Positions 9,736 to 18,591 of a DNA stretch of 64,000 nt are shown here, in pieces. The notes below the pieces were generated by a model. That model saw only the letters and a list, made by a program, of their open reading frames with translations, was not told the DNA's origin and made no database searches. This stretch comes from Candidatus Woesearchaeota archaeon (GTDB taxonomy: Archaea; Nanobdellota; Nanobdellia; Pacearchaeales; UBA284), in assembly GCA_964354405.1 (NCBI GenBank), contig CAYGZP010000002.1, forward strand, positions 71,671-135,670. The letters run 5' to 3'. Position numbers and translations under genes: made by a program. How positions within the stretch are numbered: position 1 is the stretch's first letter; every line of letters starts with the position of its first letter.

Positions 9736-10317
9736 TTATTTTCCTTGTCTATCATGAGCTCGTAAAGATGGCCTGACTTTTATCGCCCTTGCGCCTTTCT
9801 TTCTCAATCCGCGAGACTTGCGCGCCGCGCTCGTAAGTCCTCTGAAAACTCTCGCATTGTGCTTCTCGCTTAAAATCCAGTTGATATTTTTATCACTGGC
9901 AATTTCTGGGCGAGATGGATCAACTAAGATTATCTCAAAAAAGTAATTTATTCCATCTTGGCCTATCCAATATGAATTCAACACCTCCAAGTTTGGGAAC
10001 TTTCTAGCAACTCGCTGCTCAGCAATCCATCGATAATTCATCTTCAGAGTTTTGCGGATAGTCTGTCTTTTGCTTCTTCTTCCAGTACATCTTCGTGGTC
10101 TTGTTCTTCCTCCTCTTAAAATGCGCACTCGGACAACAACAAAACCTTGCTTGGCTTTATAACCCAAAGCTCTGGCTTTATCAAGTCGCAAAGGTTTCTC
10201 AACTCTTACAACTGTTTCGCCTTTCCTCCATTCAATTAACCTTGATCTCCATAAATCTCCAAGGTTTTCTTGGGGCTTTTTCCACAGCGCTTTCATATAA
10301 GAATAACTACTTCTCAT
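9736..10317 (-). CDS. rpl15e: 50S ribosomal protein eL15
   Basis: 193 aa; MRSSYSYMKALWKKPQ...LIEWRKGETVVRVEKPLRLDKARALGYKAKQGFVVVRVRILRGGR matches the eL15 signature. Confidence 0.9.
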   Translation of the reverse strand: MRSSYSYMKALWKKPQENLGDLWRSRLIEWRKGETVVRVEKPLRLDKARALGYKAKQGFVVVRVRILRGGRTRPRRCTGRRSKRQTIRKTLKMNYRWIAEQRVARKFPNLEVLNSYWIGQDGINYFFEIILVDPSRPEIASDKNINWILSEKHNARVFRGLTSAARKSRGLRKKGARAIKVRPSLRAHDRQGK

Positions 10318-10455
10318 TTTTCAATATCCAAATTAAGAAAATTTTGCTTTTAAAACTTTACTTTTGCTTATTTTTCAGTCTTCTTCTCATTTTTAATGTC
10401 ACTCTAAAATAGCAAAATAGATAAATTATTTAAACTCTTCAAGACTGATTTATTC

Positions 10456-11406
10456 ATGCCAGGGGAACCCCAAATTGACCATCTCAAAAATCTTGAAGAG
10501 ATAGTCCAATATTTAATGTGGGTGCTTCAGCCAGATACAATTCTTACTGAACTGCCTTATGATTTAGACTTCTTAAACAAGTCAGAGCTGGAGAAATATG
10601 CAGAATGGTGCCGGGGGTCAGTTTCAGAAAAAGAATTTGACGAAGGCGCCCTCAATATAAATGAGCCCATTACAAGATATTATGTCGAAAGGCTCTATCC
10701 CAAGCTCGATAAAATAAAGCAGACAGAGAAAGTAAAATATTGGTTAGGAGAGATGCGCAAGTTGCTTAAAATCCCCGAAGATTATAATATTAAGTTAAAT
10801 CCCGAGAATATAGACAAAATAAAAGAGAAAATCGCTGAAAGTCCGGGGGAGGGCCATTTTGCCAAGGCAAAAAGAAGAATAAAAATTGCGATAGTTTTGA
10901 GATGGCTGCATGACAAAGAATTGTCAAAAAAACTCTCCAACGCGACTAATGAATATATAAAAAGAATTGGGGATTTTTATGGCAAGTGCAAGAAAGGCGA
11001 GAATATTGACATCAAAGCAATCGGAGCTTACAAACCCCCTAAAGAGGATTTGGAGTGCATACAAGAGAATCGCGAAAAAATTGACATTGCTTTAATTGAA
11101 GCTTCCAAAGAGATCATAGGGATTAAAGAATCCCAAAAGAGAGAGGGGGCGAAAACAGGTATTTATGGGCATTTTGAGGTTGTAGTAAATGCTGTTAACA
11201 GAATAAATCTTTTTACAAAGGGCGGAGCAATGGAGGGATATGATTATATTGAACGTTTTAAGGACTCGCTGTTTATGGCTATAATTCTTAATTACGCTCA
11301 GGATCCTTACATCAGGCAAACCGCAGAGGTCGTTAAATTACTTGAATGGATTGTTCCTATATATAAGGCATATAAGGGAAAAGAATCAATTGAAGAACTG
11401 ATTTAA
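10456..11406 (+). CDS. hypothetical protein (316 aa)
   Basis: Long intact ORF with no recognisable catalytic motif; Lys/Glu-rich and predicted soluble. Confidence 0.4.
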   Translation: MPGEPQIDHLKNLEEIVQYLMWVLQPDTILTELPYDLDFLNKSELEKYAEWCRGSVSEKEFDEGALNINEPITRYYVERLYPKLDKIKQTEKVKYWLGEMRKLLKIPEDYNIKLNPENIDKIKEKIAESPGEGHFAKAKRRIKIAIVLRWLHDKELSKKLSNATNEYIKRIGDFYGKCKKGENIDIKAIGAYKPPKEDLECIQENREKIDIALIEASKEIIGIKESQKREGAKTGIYGHFEVVVNAVNRINLFTKGGAMEGYDYIERFKDSLFMAIILNYAQDPYIRQTAEVVKLLEWIVPIYKAYKGKESIEELI

Positions 11407-11456
11407 TAAAACACTTCTTTAAAAAAATTTAAAAACAGTACATTCTTAGAAGCATT

Positions 11457-11648
11457 ATGAATAAGTGGTTAGAAATTTTAATAGGTTTAATCTTGATAAT
11501 AGTTCCTATTTTGCTAGTGACTTCAGTGCCTGTGTTCTACAACTGGGGCCTCGCGGCCTTGGAGTTCTTGAAAGGTGGAGTAGTAATTGTTTTGGTTTTA
11601 ATAGGCGCGTTGTTTGTAATCTTAGGCATAAGTGATTTGAAAGGTTAA
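11457..11648 (+). CDS. small two-TM membrane protein (63 aa)
   Basis: Two hydrophobic helices (ILIGLILIIVPILLVTSV; VVIVLVLIGALFVILGI). Confidence 0.3.
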   Translation: MNKWLEILIGLILIIVPILLVTSVPVFYNWGLAALEFLKGGVVIVLVLIGALFVILGISDLKG

Positions 11649-11695
11649 ACAAGTTAAAGGAAAAGAGAACAGAAAGAAGGAGAAGTAACATTTAC

Positions 11696-12457
11696 TTAAT
11701 ACTCTCCTACATAGCCCGTGCTCATGCTTTTTATTGAACACAAAAATGGGCACAAGAAACTGATTATATCTTTCATGTTCTGTCCTGGAATTGTAAGTTC
11801 ATTCGGCAACAGAACAAAAGGATCAACTTTCTCTCTTTGCAGCAAATTAATTTCTCCCATTCTATAATTATAAGGAGCTTCTTTTTTCTTCAAATAAGCA
11901 TAAGCATTATCATTGTTTAATTGGCCAAGTAAATCAACAAATCTTCCAATATATGATTTACTTATTGTGGTATCTGAGAGTATCCTAGAACCTTTTATAA
12001 CATGTACTATAGGGAACCTTTCGCTGTTATAATGGGAATAGTTCCCTTCATATTCTTGCTCTACTAAATTATAATTAGTATAATTTTCTTTTCCAATGCT
12101 TTTACAAGGATCTCTATTTTCTATAAGATGTTCCAAGGCACCAAGATAAATTTTTACAAGGTCAAGATTGAAACATGCTCCATTACTTAAGTCCCAATCT
12201 TTTCCAAAACGCGCCTCTCCAATTTCTTGGGCATGTTCTTTTATGATTTTTATAGCTTTTGGATTTGCAACAGTCATCCTAAAATGATATTCAAAATTTC
12301 CCAGATTAATATCCAGGGGGTCATAAATTTTTTCTAATGCGTCTCTCACAGAATTTTTTAGGAATTCCAAATGATACTGGGGGTGATAATCTCTAGGCAC
12401 CTCTATATCAATCGGCTTGTTATTTTTGCATATTATTTTTATTTTTTCTTCTGACAT
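11696..12457 (-). CDS. hypothetical protein (253 aa)
   Basis: Intact ORF convergent with the 10456..11406 ORF; no known motif. Confidence 0.4.
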   Translation of the reverse strand: MSEEKIKIICKNNKPIDIEVPRDYHPQYHLEFLKNSVRDALEKIYDPLDINLGNFEYHFRMTVANPKAIKIIKEHAQEIGEARFGKDWDLSNGACFNLDLVKIYLGALEHLIENRDPCKSIGKENYTNYNLVEQEYEGNYSHYNSERFPIVHVIKGSRILSDTTISKSYIGRFVDLLGQLNNDNAYAYLKKKEAPYNYRMGEINLLQREKVDPFVLLPNELTIPGQNMKDIISFLCPFLCSIKSMSTGYVGEY

Positions 12458-12586
12458 CAGTGGATTAATATTTTTTGCCTTTTAATCCTTGTTGTCATAA
12501 AACATATATTTTTAATAATAATTTTATTTGTGGAAAAGTATTTTAATTCTTGATAGTTTGTCTTGCAGTGTTAAGGGGGCGAGAGA

Positions 12587-13831
12587 ATGACATCAGAATA
12601 TCAAGTATCTCAAGATTTATGCATTAGATGCAAAGGCCGCGGTTGGTGTGGTCAGGGCTGTAAGATTTTGCGCGAGTTAAGACAATTTCAGCCAAAAGTT
12701 GGGACAAGTTTCTCTGGCTCGAGCCCTCCCGAAATATTTGTGGGGCATTATGGTTATCCTAATGTATTCACAGGAATCCTCTCGCCTAACGAATATGGCG
12801 ACACAGAATATTTGAGCATGCCCGAGTCATGGCACTCAAGCCAAGCATCAATACAAGATATTTTGTCATATCGTTCAAGAATGATTTATTCAAGATTCAT
12901 CTCAGAAATAAAAAGCGCAAGATCTCAGCAAAAACAAAACAAATTCTTGGATTCAATGCAGCAAATCGCTCTTGCCAACAAAGCTGTCGATGCGAGTTTT
13001 GAATTAAAGAAAAAACCCCAAATCCGCATCCATCTGGATTCTCATATCGCGATGATAGGAAACCCCGCGCCCCTCAAGAAAGTTACAATAGATTCAAATC
13101 CAAAAATCGAAAAGAAAGTTGATTATCTTGCGAATGATACAGATGCAAAGGCAACAACTTCTATCCAAGAACTCTACAAAGCAAATATCGCTGTAAGCAA
13201 CATCATCAAGATTCTTAGCGCTGGCATGTTAGGCATGAGGACTCAAAGAAAACTTGTTCCGACAAGATGGGCAGTCACAGCAACTGATGACACACTGAGC
13301 AAAAATCTATTGAGAAACATAAGGCATTATCCTGAGTTATCAACATATCAGTTGTTCATCGCAGATTATCTCGGCAATCATTATAACATTTTGCTGATGC
13401 CCGGCTGCTGGGGCTTTGAAGTCATCGAAGCATCGAGCAAAGGATATTTTGGCATGGGCTCCAAAAAAGAAATTGCGATGTGGCACGATTACGAGTTCTT
13501 CCAGGCCCGCAAGAGATATGCATCAAGTGTGACAGGAGCATATTATGCAAATCGTCTCGGAATTTGTGAATATTTAGACAAGATAAAAAAACAGGCTTCT
13601 GTGCTAGTATTCAGAGAAGTCCGCGAAGAATACTGGGCGCCTTGCGGTGTGGGAATTTTGAGAGAAGTTACAAGAGAAGCAATGTCGAAGAAACCGCAAG
13701 AATTCGCAACAATAGAAGAAGCTTTGAGCGCAGCTCAGAACAATTCCAAGCTTCCCCTCTCGCTTTACACAGAAAAATCAAAACTCTTGGCAAATTTCAA
13801 GAAACAAACTAGACTTAGTAGATTTTTGTGA
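12587..13831 (+). CDS. Nre-family (COG1602-like) putative DNA repair protein
   Basis: 414 aa; the N-terminal CIRCKGRGWCGQGCKIL zinc knuckle and overall size recall archaeal NreA-type proteins. The call is from memory only. Confidence 0.4.
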   Translation: MTSEYQVSQDLCIRCKGRGWCGQGCKILRELRQFQPKVGTSFSGSSPPEIFVGHYGYPNVFTGILSPNEYGDTEYLSMPESWHSSQASIQDILSYRSRMIYSRFISEIKSARSQQKQNKFLDSMQQIALANKAVDASFELKKKPQIRIHLDSHIAMIGNPAPLKKVTIDSNPKIEKKVDYLANDTDAKATTSIQELYKANIAVSNIIKILSAGMLGMRTQRKLVPTRWAVTATDDTLSKNLLRNIRHYPELSTYQLFIADYLGNHYNILLMPGCWGFEVIEASSKGYFGMGSKKEIAMWHDYEFFQARKRYASSVTGAYYANRLGICEYLDKIKKQASVLVFREVREEYWAPCGVGILREVTREAMSKKPQEFATIEEALSAAQNNSKLPLSLYTEKSKLLANFKKQTRLSRFL

Positions 13832-13835
13832 ATTC

Positions 13836-14555
13836 TTACAAAGTTTTTAACACTAGCATCAGGGCCAAACCAATTATTATGAAAATGAACTGCAAAAGGG
13901 ATTCTGAAACCCTGGTTTTTTTATGCAATTCTGGAATCAAATCAGTTGCAGCAATATAGATAAAGCCTCCTGCTGCAAATGGCAAAAGAAATGCTACGTT
14001 AATTGCAGAACCAATGAAATAGCCAGTTAATGCCCCAAAGAATGCTGTCAAAGCAATTAAGAAATTATAAAATAGGGCCTTACTTTTCTTGAAACCGCCA
14101 TAAACTAAAACCCCAAATTCTCCTATTTCCTGGGGAATTTCGTGCATGATCACTGCAATCGTAGTTGTAATCCCGAGGTTTAAGTTTATTAAATAAGCAG
14201 CTGCAATGATTAAACCATCAATAAAGTTATGCAAGGCATCGCCGAAAAGAATTGCGTAGTTAAAGGGGTGAATAGAACAATGTTTTTTATGACAGTGCCT
14301 CCAATGCAAAAATTTTTCAAGAATAAAGAAGCTTAGAATCCCAAAAATTACGAATAAAGAAGCTTTTTCTATCCCCAATTCAAGTGATTCTGGCAAAAGA
14401 TGGAAAAAAGCTCCTCCAAGCAATGCACCTGAAGCTAAAGCTATCAATAAGGTAAGGATTTTGTTAAGAAATTTTTCTTTTATTGCTAAAAAGACTATTC
14501 CTACAAGAGATATTAAGCTTACTACAGCTACAGAAATTAAAATCCACAGCAACAT
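13836..14555 (-). CDS. zupT: ZIP family divalent metal transporter (ZupT-like)
   Basis: 239 aa; multi-TM protein with HNFIDGL and HEIPQEIGEFGVL signature motifs. Confidence 0.8.
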   Translation of the reverse strand: MLLWILISVAVVSLISLVGIVFLAIKEKFLNKILTLLIALASGALLGGAFFHLLPESLELGIEKASLFVIFGILSFFILEKFLHWRHCHKKHCSIHPFNYAILFGDALHNFIDGLIIAAAYLINLNLGITTTIAVIMHEIPQEIGEFGVLVYGGFKKSKALFYNFLIALTAFFGALTGYFIGSAINVAFLLPFAAGGFIYIAATDLIPELHKKTRVSESLLQFIFIIIGLALMLVLKTL

Positions 14556-14593
14556 ATGTTATCTTTGTAAATCTATTTTAAATATTTTTGTAA

Positions 14594-15565
14594 CTATAAA
14601 AGTTCCATCGCTTTCTCAAGCATAATCATCTCTTCATTAGCCTTGACAACAGCTGTCCCAAACTTCAAAGGCAGATAGCCGCAGATTTTATTTCTTATGA
14701 ACTCGCTCTCCTCGCCGATTCCCCCAGAGAAAACAACAAAATCAATGTAACCCAATGCAGCTTTGTATGCGCAGACTTGTTTCGCTATATTATAACAGAA
14801 AATATCTAAAGCCTGGGCATTTTTAACATCCCCCCTCCTGTCAACAATCTTTTTTACATCTCTCGAGCCAGTCAAACCATATAATCCACATTCATTATTC
14901 AAAATATCTTTAGCTTTCTTCAATCCAAATTGTTCTACAAGAAACAAAACAATTCCAGGATCTATGCTCCCCGCTCTTGTCACCATCATGATTCCTTCTA
15001 AAGGTGTCAGCCCCATGCTTACATCAAGTGCTTTTCCCTTTGATATAGCTGCAACACTGCATCCCGCTCCGAGATGGCATGAAACAATATTCTTGTCAGG
15101 GAAATGTTTCGCGATATACTCGTGATTCAACCCATGGAACCCATAACGCTTAATTCCATATTTCTTCGAGATTGCCGTCGGCAAAGCATAAGTTTTTGCT
15201 TTGTCAGGAAGCTCAGTAAAGAAAGAAGTGTCAAAGACAGCGATTTGTTTAGCATGTTTCGCGCATTTCTGGGATAACTTGATTACTTCAAGCTCGCGGG
15301 GATTGTGCAAAGGAGCGAACTTAGAGTATTTCACAATCTCCTTAATAATTTTTGCAGTTATGAAACAAGGCTTGCTCAACTCGCCGCCATGAACCACTCT
15401 GTGGGCAATACAAGAAGGATTACATTTCTTCACAGCCTCGCGGACAATCTTCTGATAATCCTTGGATTTGTTTGTACAGAAGGTTTTTTTCTCCTTCAAG
15501 TTCTTGTTATCATAAAAACTGTATTTCACTGTCTCTGAACCAACATTAAATATCAAAAATCTCAT
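14594..15565 (-). CDS. ackA: acetate (acyl) kinase, compact form
   Basis: 323 aa; motifs NVGSETVKY, HRVVHGG, PLHNP, FDTSFF, YGFHGLNH, HLGAGCSV, GLTPLEG...GSIDPG. It overlaps the CooS-like stop by 4 nt. Confidence 0.8.
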   Translation of the reverse strand: MRFLIFNVGSETVKYSFYDNKNLKEKKTFCTNKSKDYQKIVREAVKKCNPSCIAHRVVHGGELSKPCFITAKIIKEIVKYSKFAPLHNPRELEVIKLSQKCAKHAKQIAVFDTSFFTELPDKAKTYALPTAISKKYGIKRYGFHGLNHEYIAKHFPDKNIVSCHLGAGCSVAAISKGKALDVSMGLTPLEGIMMVTRAGSIDPGIVLFLVEQFGLKKAKDILNNECGLYGLTGSRDVKKIVDRRGDVKNAQALDIFCYNIAKQVCAYKAALGYIDFVVFSGGIGEESEFIRNKICGYLPLKFGTAVVKANEEMIMLEKAMELL

Positions 15566-17148
15566 TTTTTAGTTTTTGCCCTCGTTTTTCTTAAGTTTTC
15601 TTTCTTTATTATTCTTTTGAACAAGTGCTCGGGAGAGGTTTCAAGGAAAACTCTGCTTTCAAACTTGTCTCGCAATACATTTTCCAAGAACTGGGCGATG
15701 GTTGTGTCGCTTGATATCATGAAAGGATAGCCAAAATGAACATCGACTCCCAAGGAAGCAAAAAACATTCCAATTGCGATGGCTTTTTCAGTTATCGGCA
15801 TCGGACATGATATCAAGAAAGGCATGTCAGTTATTCTCTTGCCACTCAATTCCGAAATTCTTTTAAAAACTTCCGCGATTCTCGAGTTGTTAACACAAGA
15901 ACCCATGTGATAAACTCGCTTGCCATCCAACAATCCATTCTGTCCGAACTTGAAAGCCATGCATCCTGTAGTAAGAATAATATAATCTTTGCTTAATTTC
16001 TTATATATTGGAATCCAATCTTCTTTAACTCGGGGGTTTGCACATCCAACCACTCCGATAATCCCTTTGACCTTTCCTTTCTCAAGTTGCTCTTGCCATT
16101 TTTGCAGAGGCAAATTGTCCTCGGAAAAACCCACAACAACTTCTCTCCTTACTTTCTTGAGTGAGATTTCCTTTCTCTTTCTTCTGTTCGCTCTTGCAAG
16201 CTGGATAATTTTCTTCGCGTTTTCCTCAGCTTCTTTAGGATTTCTGAAAGGCATATGCATTGCATTAGGGATTCTGCATAATTTGTTAGTTGTTATAAGA
16301 ACAGTATGATAACACTCGCACAAATCAGCCAAGGAGGGCATAATGCATTGAACATCTACAACCATTGCCTCGACAGCTCCTGAAGCAATCACATCCTCCT
16401 GCAGAATAAAATGTGCAGCCATCGGGATTCCATATCTCGCCAGAACACTCGCGCCAGTGCAGCAGACTCCAATCAGATTGATATCTTTATTTTCGGGCTT
16501 TTTCATCTCTTTCGCAAGAGCAATCGCCAACATGGGCTCGTGTCCATGAACCGCGATATTCACTTTATCCTCGCGAATAACCCCCATATCCAAAATTCCC
16601 TTTCTAACTTCAGGCTTGCCATAATATCTGTCCTCAAGTTCTGTAGCGAGATACAATCCATAATAACCGTCAACAATCCCCATCCTCATTGTTCTTTTTA
16701 ATATGCTCGTGTAGTCTGCATCAACACCCATTGATGAGGCATGCAAGGCTTCGCTGATGTCTTTGAAATGCTCAAAATGAATCACAGGCACAATTCCCAA
16801 CTCTTGCCATAACTTGTAAAGATAGCTCGGAGCCTTTTTTTCAATATAAAGTTGAGGATAATCTAATTCCAAAAAGTTTTTGAGATGATAAGCATGTCCG
16901 ACATGGCAAGCTGCTCCTGCAGCTGCAAATCTCAATAAATTGCGAGCCACAACCAAATCTTGATTTGCTCCGCACACTCCTCGTTGTTCTTTTGCCACAA
17001 CTCTGCAAGGCCCCATCAAGCAGTTCCTGCAGCACTTGCCCTGCAATCCTATAGGACAAGGAGCCATTAGTTTCTCCCTTTCGCAAACTAATGGGATATT
17101 GCATTTCTTTTTTTTCTCTATCTTCTTTTTTTTCTTCTCTTTTTTCAT
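15562..17148 (-). CDS. cooS: CooS-family protein (Ni,Fe-CO dehydrogenase catalytic subunit-like), compact
   Basis: N-terminal CPIGLQGKCCRNCLMGPCR...GVCGANQDLVVARNLLRFAAAGAACHVGHAYH matches the CooS B/D-cluster region. Downstream VHGHEPMLAIAL, IGVCCTGAS, TTGCMAF, HMGSCVNNSR and VGCANP match the C-cluster ligand segments. The true start may be the internal MAPCPIG near 17067, because the Lys-rich N-terminus derives from a homopolymer tract. Confidence 0.7.
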   Translation of the reverse strand: MKKEKKKKKIEKKKKCNIPLVCEREKLMAPCPIGLQGKCCRNCLMGPCRVVAKEQRGVCGANQDLVVARNLLRFAAAGAACHVGHAYHLKNFLELDYPQLYIEKKAPSYLYKLWQELGIVPVIHFEHFKDISEALHASSMGVDADYTSILKRTMRMGIVDGYYGLYLATELEDRYYGKPEVRKGILDMGVIREDKVNIAVHGHEPMLAIALAKEMKKPENKDINLIGVCCTGASVLARYGIPMAAHFILQEDVIASGAVEAMVVDVQCIMPSLADLCECYHTVLITTNKLCRIPNAMHMPFRNPKEAEENAKKIIQLARANRRKRKEISLKKVRREVVVGFSEDNLPLQKWQEQLEKGKVKGIIGVVGCANPRVKEDWIPIYKKLSKDYIILTTGCMAFKFGQNGLLDGKRVYHMGSCVNNSRIAEVFKRISELSGKRITDMPFLISCPMPITEKAIAIGMFFASLGVDVHFGYPFMISSDTTIAQFLENVLRDKFESRVFLETSPEHLFKRIIKKENLRKTRAKTKK

Positions 17149-17975
17149 TTTTTCTTTTTTCTCAGTTCATCAACTTGTAGAACAGTTATCGCAGCCAAGT
17201 TTACAATATCTTGTATTGAGCATCCTCTTGACAAATCATTTACTGGCTTGTTCAAGCCCTGTAATATCGGGCCGATAGCATGCCATCCTGCAAATCTTTC
17301 AACAAGCTTGTAGCCAATGTTACCTGCATCGAGGCAAGGGAAAATCAAAACATTATAAGCTAAAGCTTTCGCGCCCTTCATTCTGGCTACATTCAAGTTC
17401 AGCGCCGCGTCAGCTTGAATCTCACCTTCAACATTCAAATCTGTTTGTTTTAAAATTTTTACAGCCTCGCGCACATTATCAACACTCAAGCCCTTGCCCG
17501 AGTCCTTGGTAGAATAAGACAACATCGCTACTACAGGCTCAGTTTTTGTGATAAGTTTGAAAGTTTTCGCGCTCAGCTCTGCAATTTCAGCGAGCTGTTC
17601 TGGATTCGGCTCAGGCTGCGCAGCGCAGTCAGCGAAGAGCATCGCGCTTTTCTTGTCAGGCGATATCATGAGAAAAGCACCGCTGGTTCTCTTGACTTCT
17701 GGCGCCATAAACTTAAAAGCAAGATATAATGTCATCGAGCTTGAATGAGAAGCTCCAGTTATTATCGCATCTGCCTCGTTGTTGTGCAGCATTAACTCTG
17801 CTTTCTCAAGATTTTTCTCAATTCTCCTGTCTTTCAATGTAATCACTTTAGCTATATTTTCATCTTCTATAATTTGTATCGCTTTGTTCACTCTAGAATC
17901 CTGCTCGGGAAAAACAATCCTCACAACTCGATGTTTGTTAATCCCTCTAGCTCTTTTTCTTATATTCTCAATCAT
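17145..17975 (-). CDS. pta: phosphate acetyl/butyryl-transferase (Pta/Ptb family)
   Basis: 276 aa; it has the fold signature of Pta/Ptb phosphotransacylases and its stop overlaps the CooS-like start (ATGA). Confidence 0.75.
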   Translation of the reverse strand: MIENIRKRARGINKHRVVRIVFPEQDSRVNKAIQIIEDENIAKVITLKDRRIEKNLEKAELMLHNNEADAIITGASHSSSMTLYLAFKFMAPEVKRTSGAFLMISPDKKSAMLFADCAAQPEPNPEQLAEIAELSAKTFKLITKTEPVVAMLSYSTKDSGKGLSVDNVREAVKILKQTDLNVEGEIQADAALNLNVARMKGAKALAYNVLIFPCLDAGNIGYKLVERFAGWHAIGPILQGLNKPVNDLSRGCSIQDIVNLAAITVLQVDELRKKKK

Positions 17976-17993
17976 CTCGACCTCTTTTTATTA

Positions 17994-18581
17994 CTATCTC
18001 AAAGCTTTTCCAAAAACTTTTTTATTTTCTTCCAAGAACTGCGGCCTTATCCTTTCCTTGATTGCTTCCCATAGTTTTTCTTTTTTGAACGGCAGTGCTT
18101 TCTTTTTCAAGGCATAACCCACCATAAAAATATTAGTTCCTGTTACATTGCCTGTCTCTTTCCTCACAATCGCATCAGCATCCACAACATAAACTTTTTT
18201 TGAAATCTTTTTTAATTTTTTCACAATATCCTGCAAACTCAATGACGAGCGGAAGGCTTTTGCATTTACAATGAATACAGTTTCCTTGTTCGCCCAATAG
18301 CTCGCGCGCAAAGCCTCCAAAGCCTCGAGAGCAATAATCAAGTCAGCATCGCCTTTCATCACAACTGGCGAATAAACTTTTGAGCCAAATCTGACATGAC
18401 AATCCAAAGCGCCTCCGCGCTGAGCCAACCCATGCAACTCAGATTGTTTCACATCATATTTGTGTTTCAGGGCAGCTTGGGCAATAATCTCAGCAATAGT
18501 CAATATTCCTTGTCCTCCATATCCTCCGACAATCAAATTAAAATTTTTATTTTTCTCTTTTTTATTAATTTTCTTTTCCAT
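17994..18581 (-). CDS. iorB: indolepyruvate:ferredoxin oxidoreductase subunit beta (IorB; 2-oxoacid OR gamma-type domain)
   Basis: 195 aa; IVGGYGGQGILT motif of the pyruvate/2-oxoacid:ferredoxin oxidoreductase gamma domain; lies directly downstream of the IorA-like gene. Confidence 0.7.
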   Translation of the reverse strand: MEKKINKKEKNKNFNLIVGGYGGQGILTIAEIIAQAALKHKYDVKQSELHGLAQRGGALDCHVRFGSKVYSPVVMKGDADLIIALEALEALRASYWANKETVFIVNAKAFRSSLSLQDIVKKLKKISKKVYVVDADAIVRKETGNVTGTNIFMVGYALKKKALPFKKEKLWEAIKERIRPQFLEENKKVFGKALR

Positions 18582-18591
18582 TTTATTTTTC

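Noticed and set aside
17067-17148. Lys-rich 27-aa N-terminal extension of the CooS-like ORF (MKKEKKKKKIEKKKK...)
   Set aside because: It is encoded by a homopolymeric T/A tract and is likely not part of the mature protein. The internal Met (MAPCPIG) is the more plausible start. It is kept as an uncertainty and not called a separate feature.
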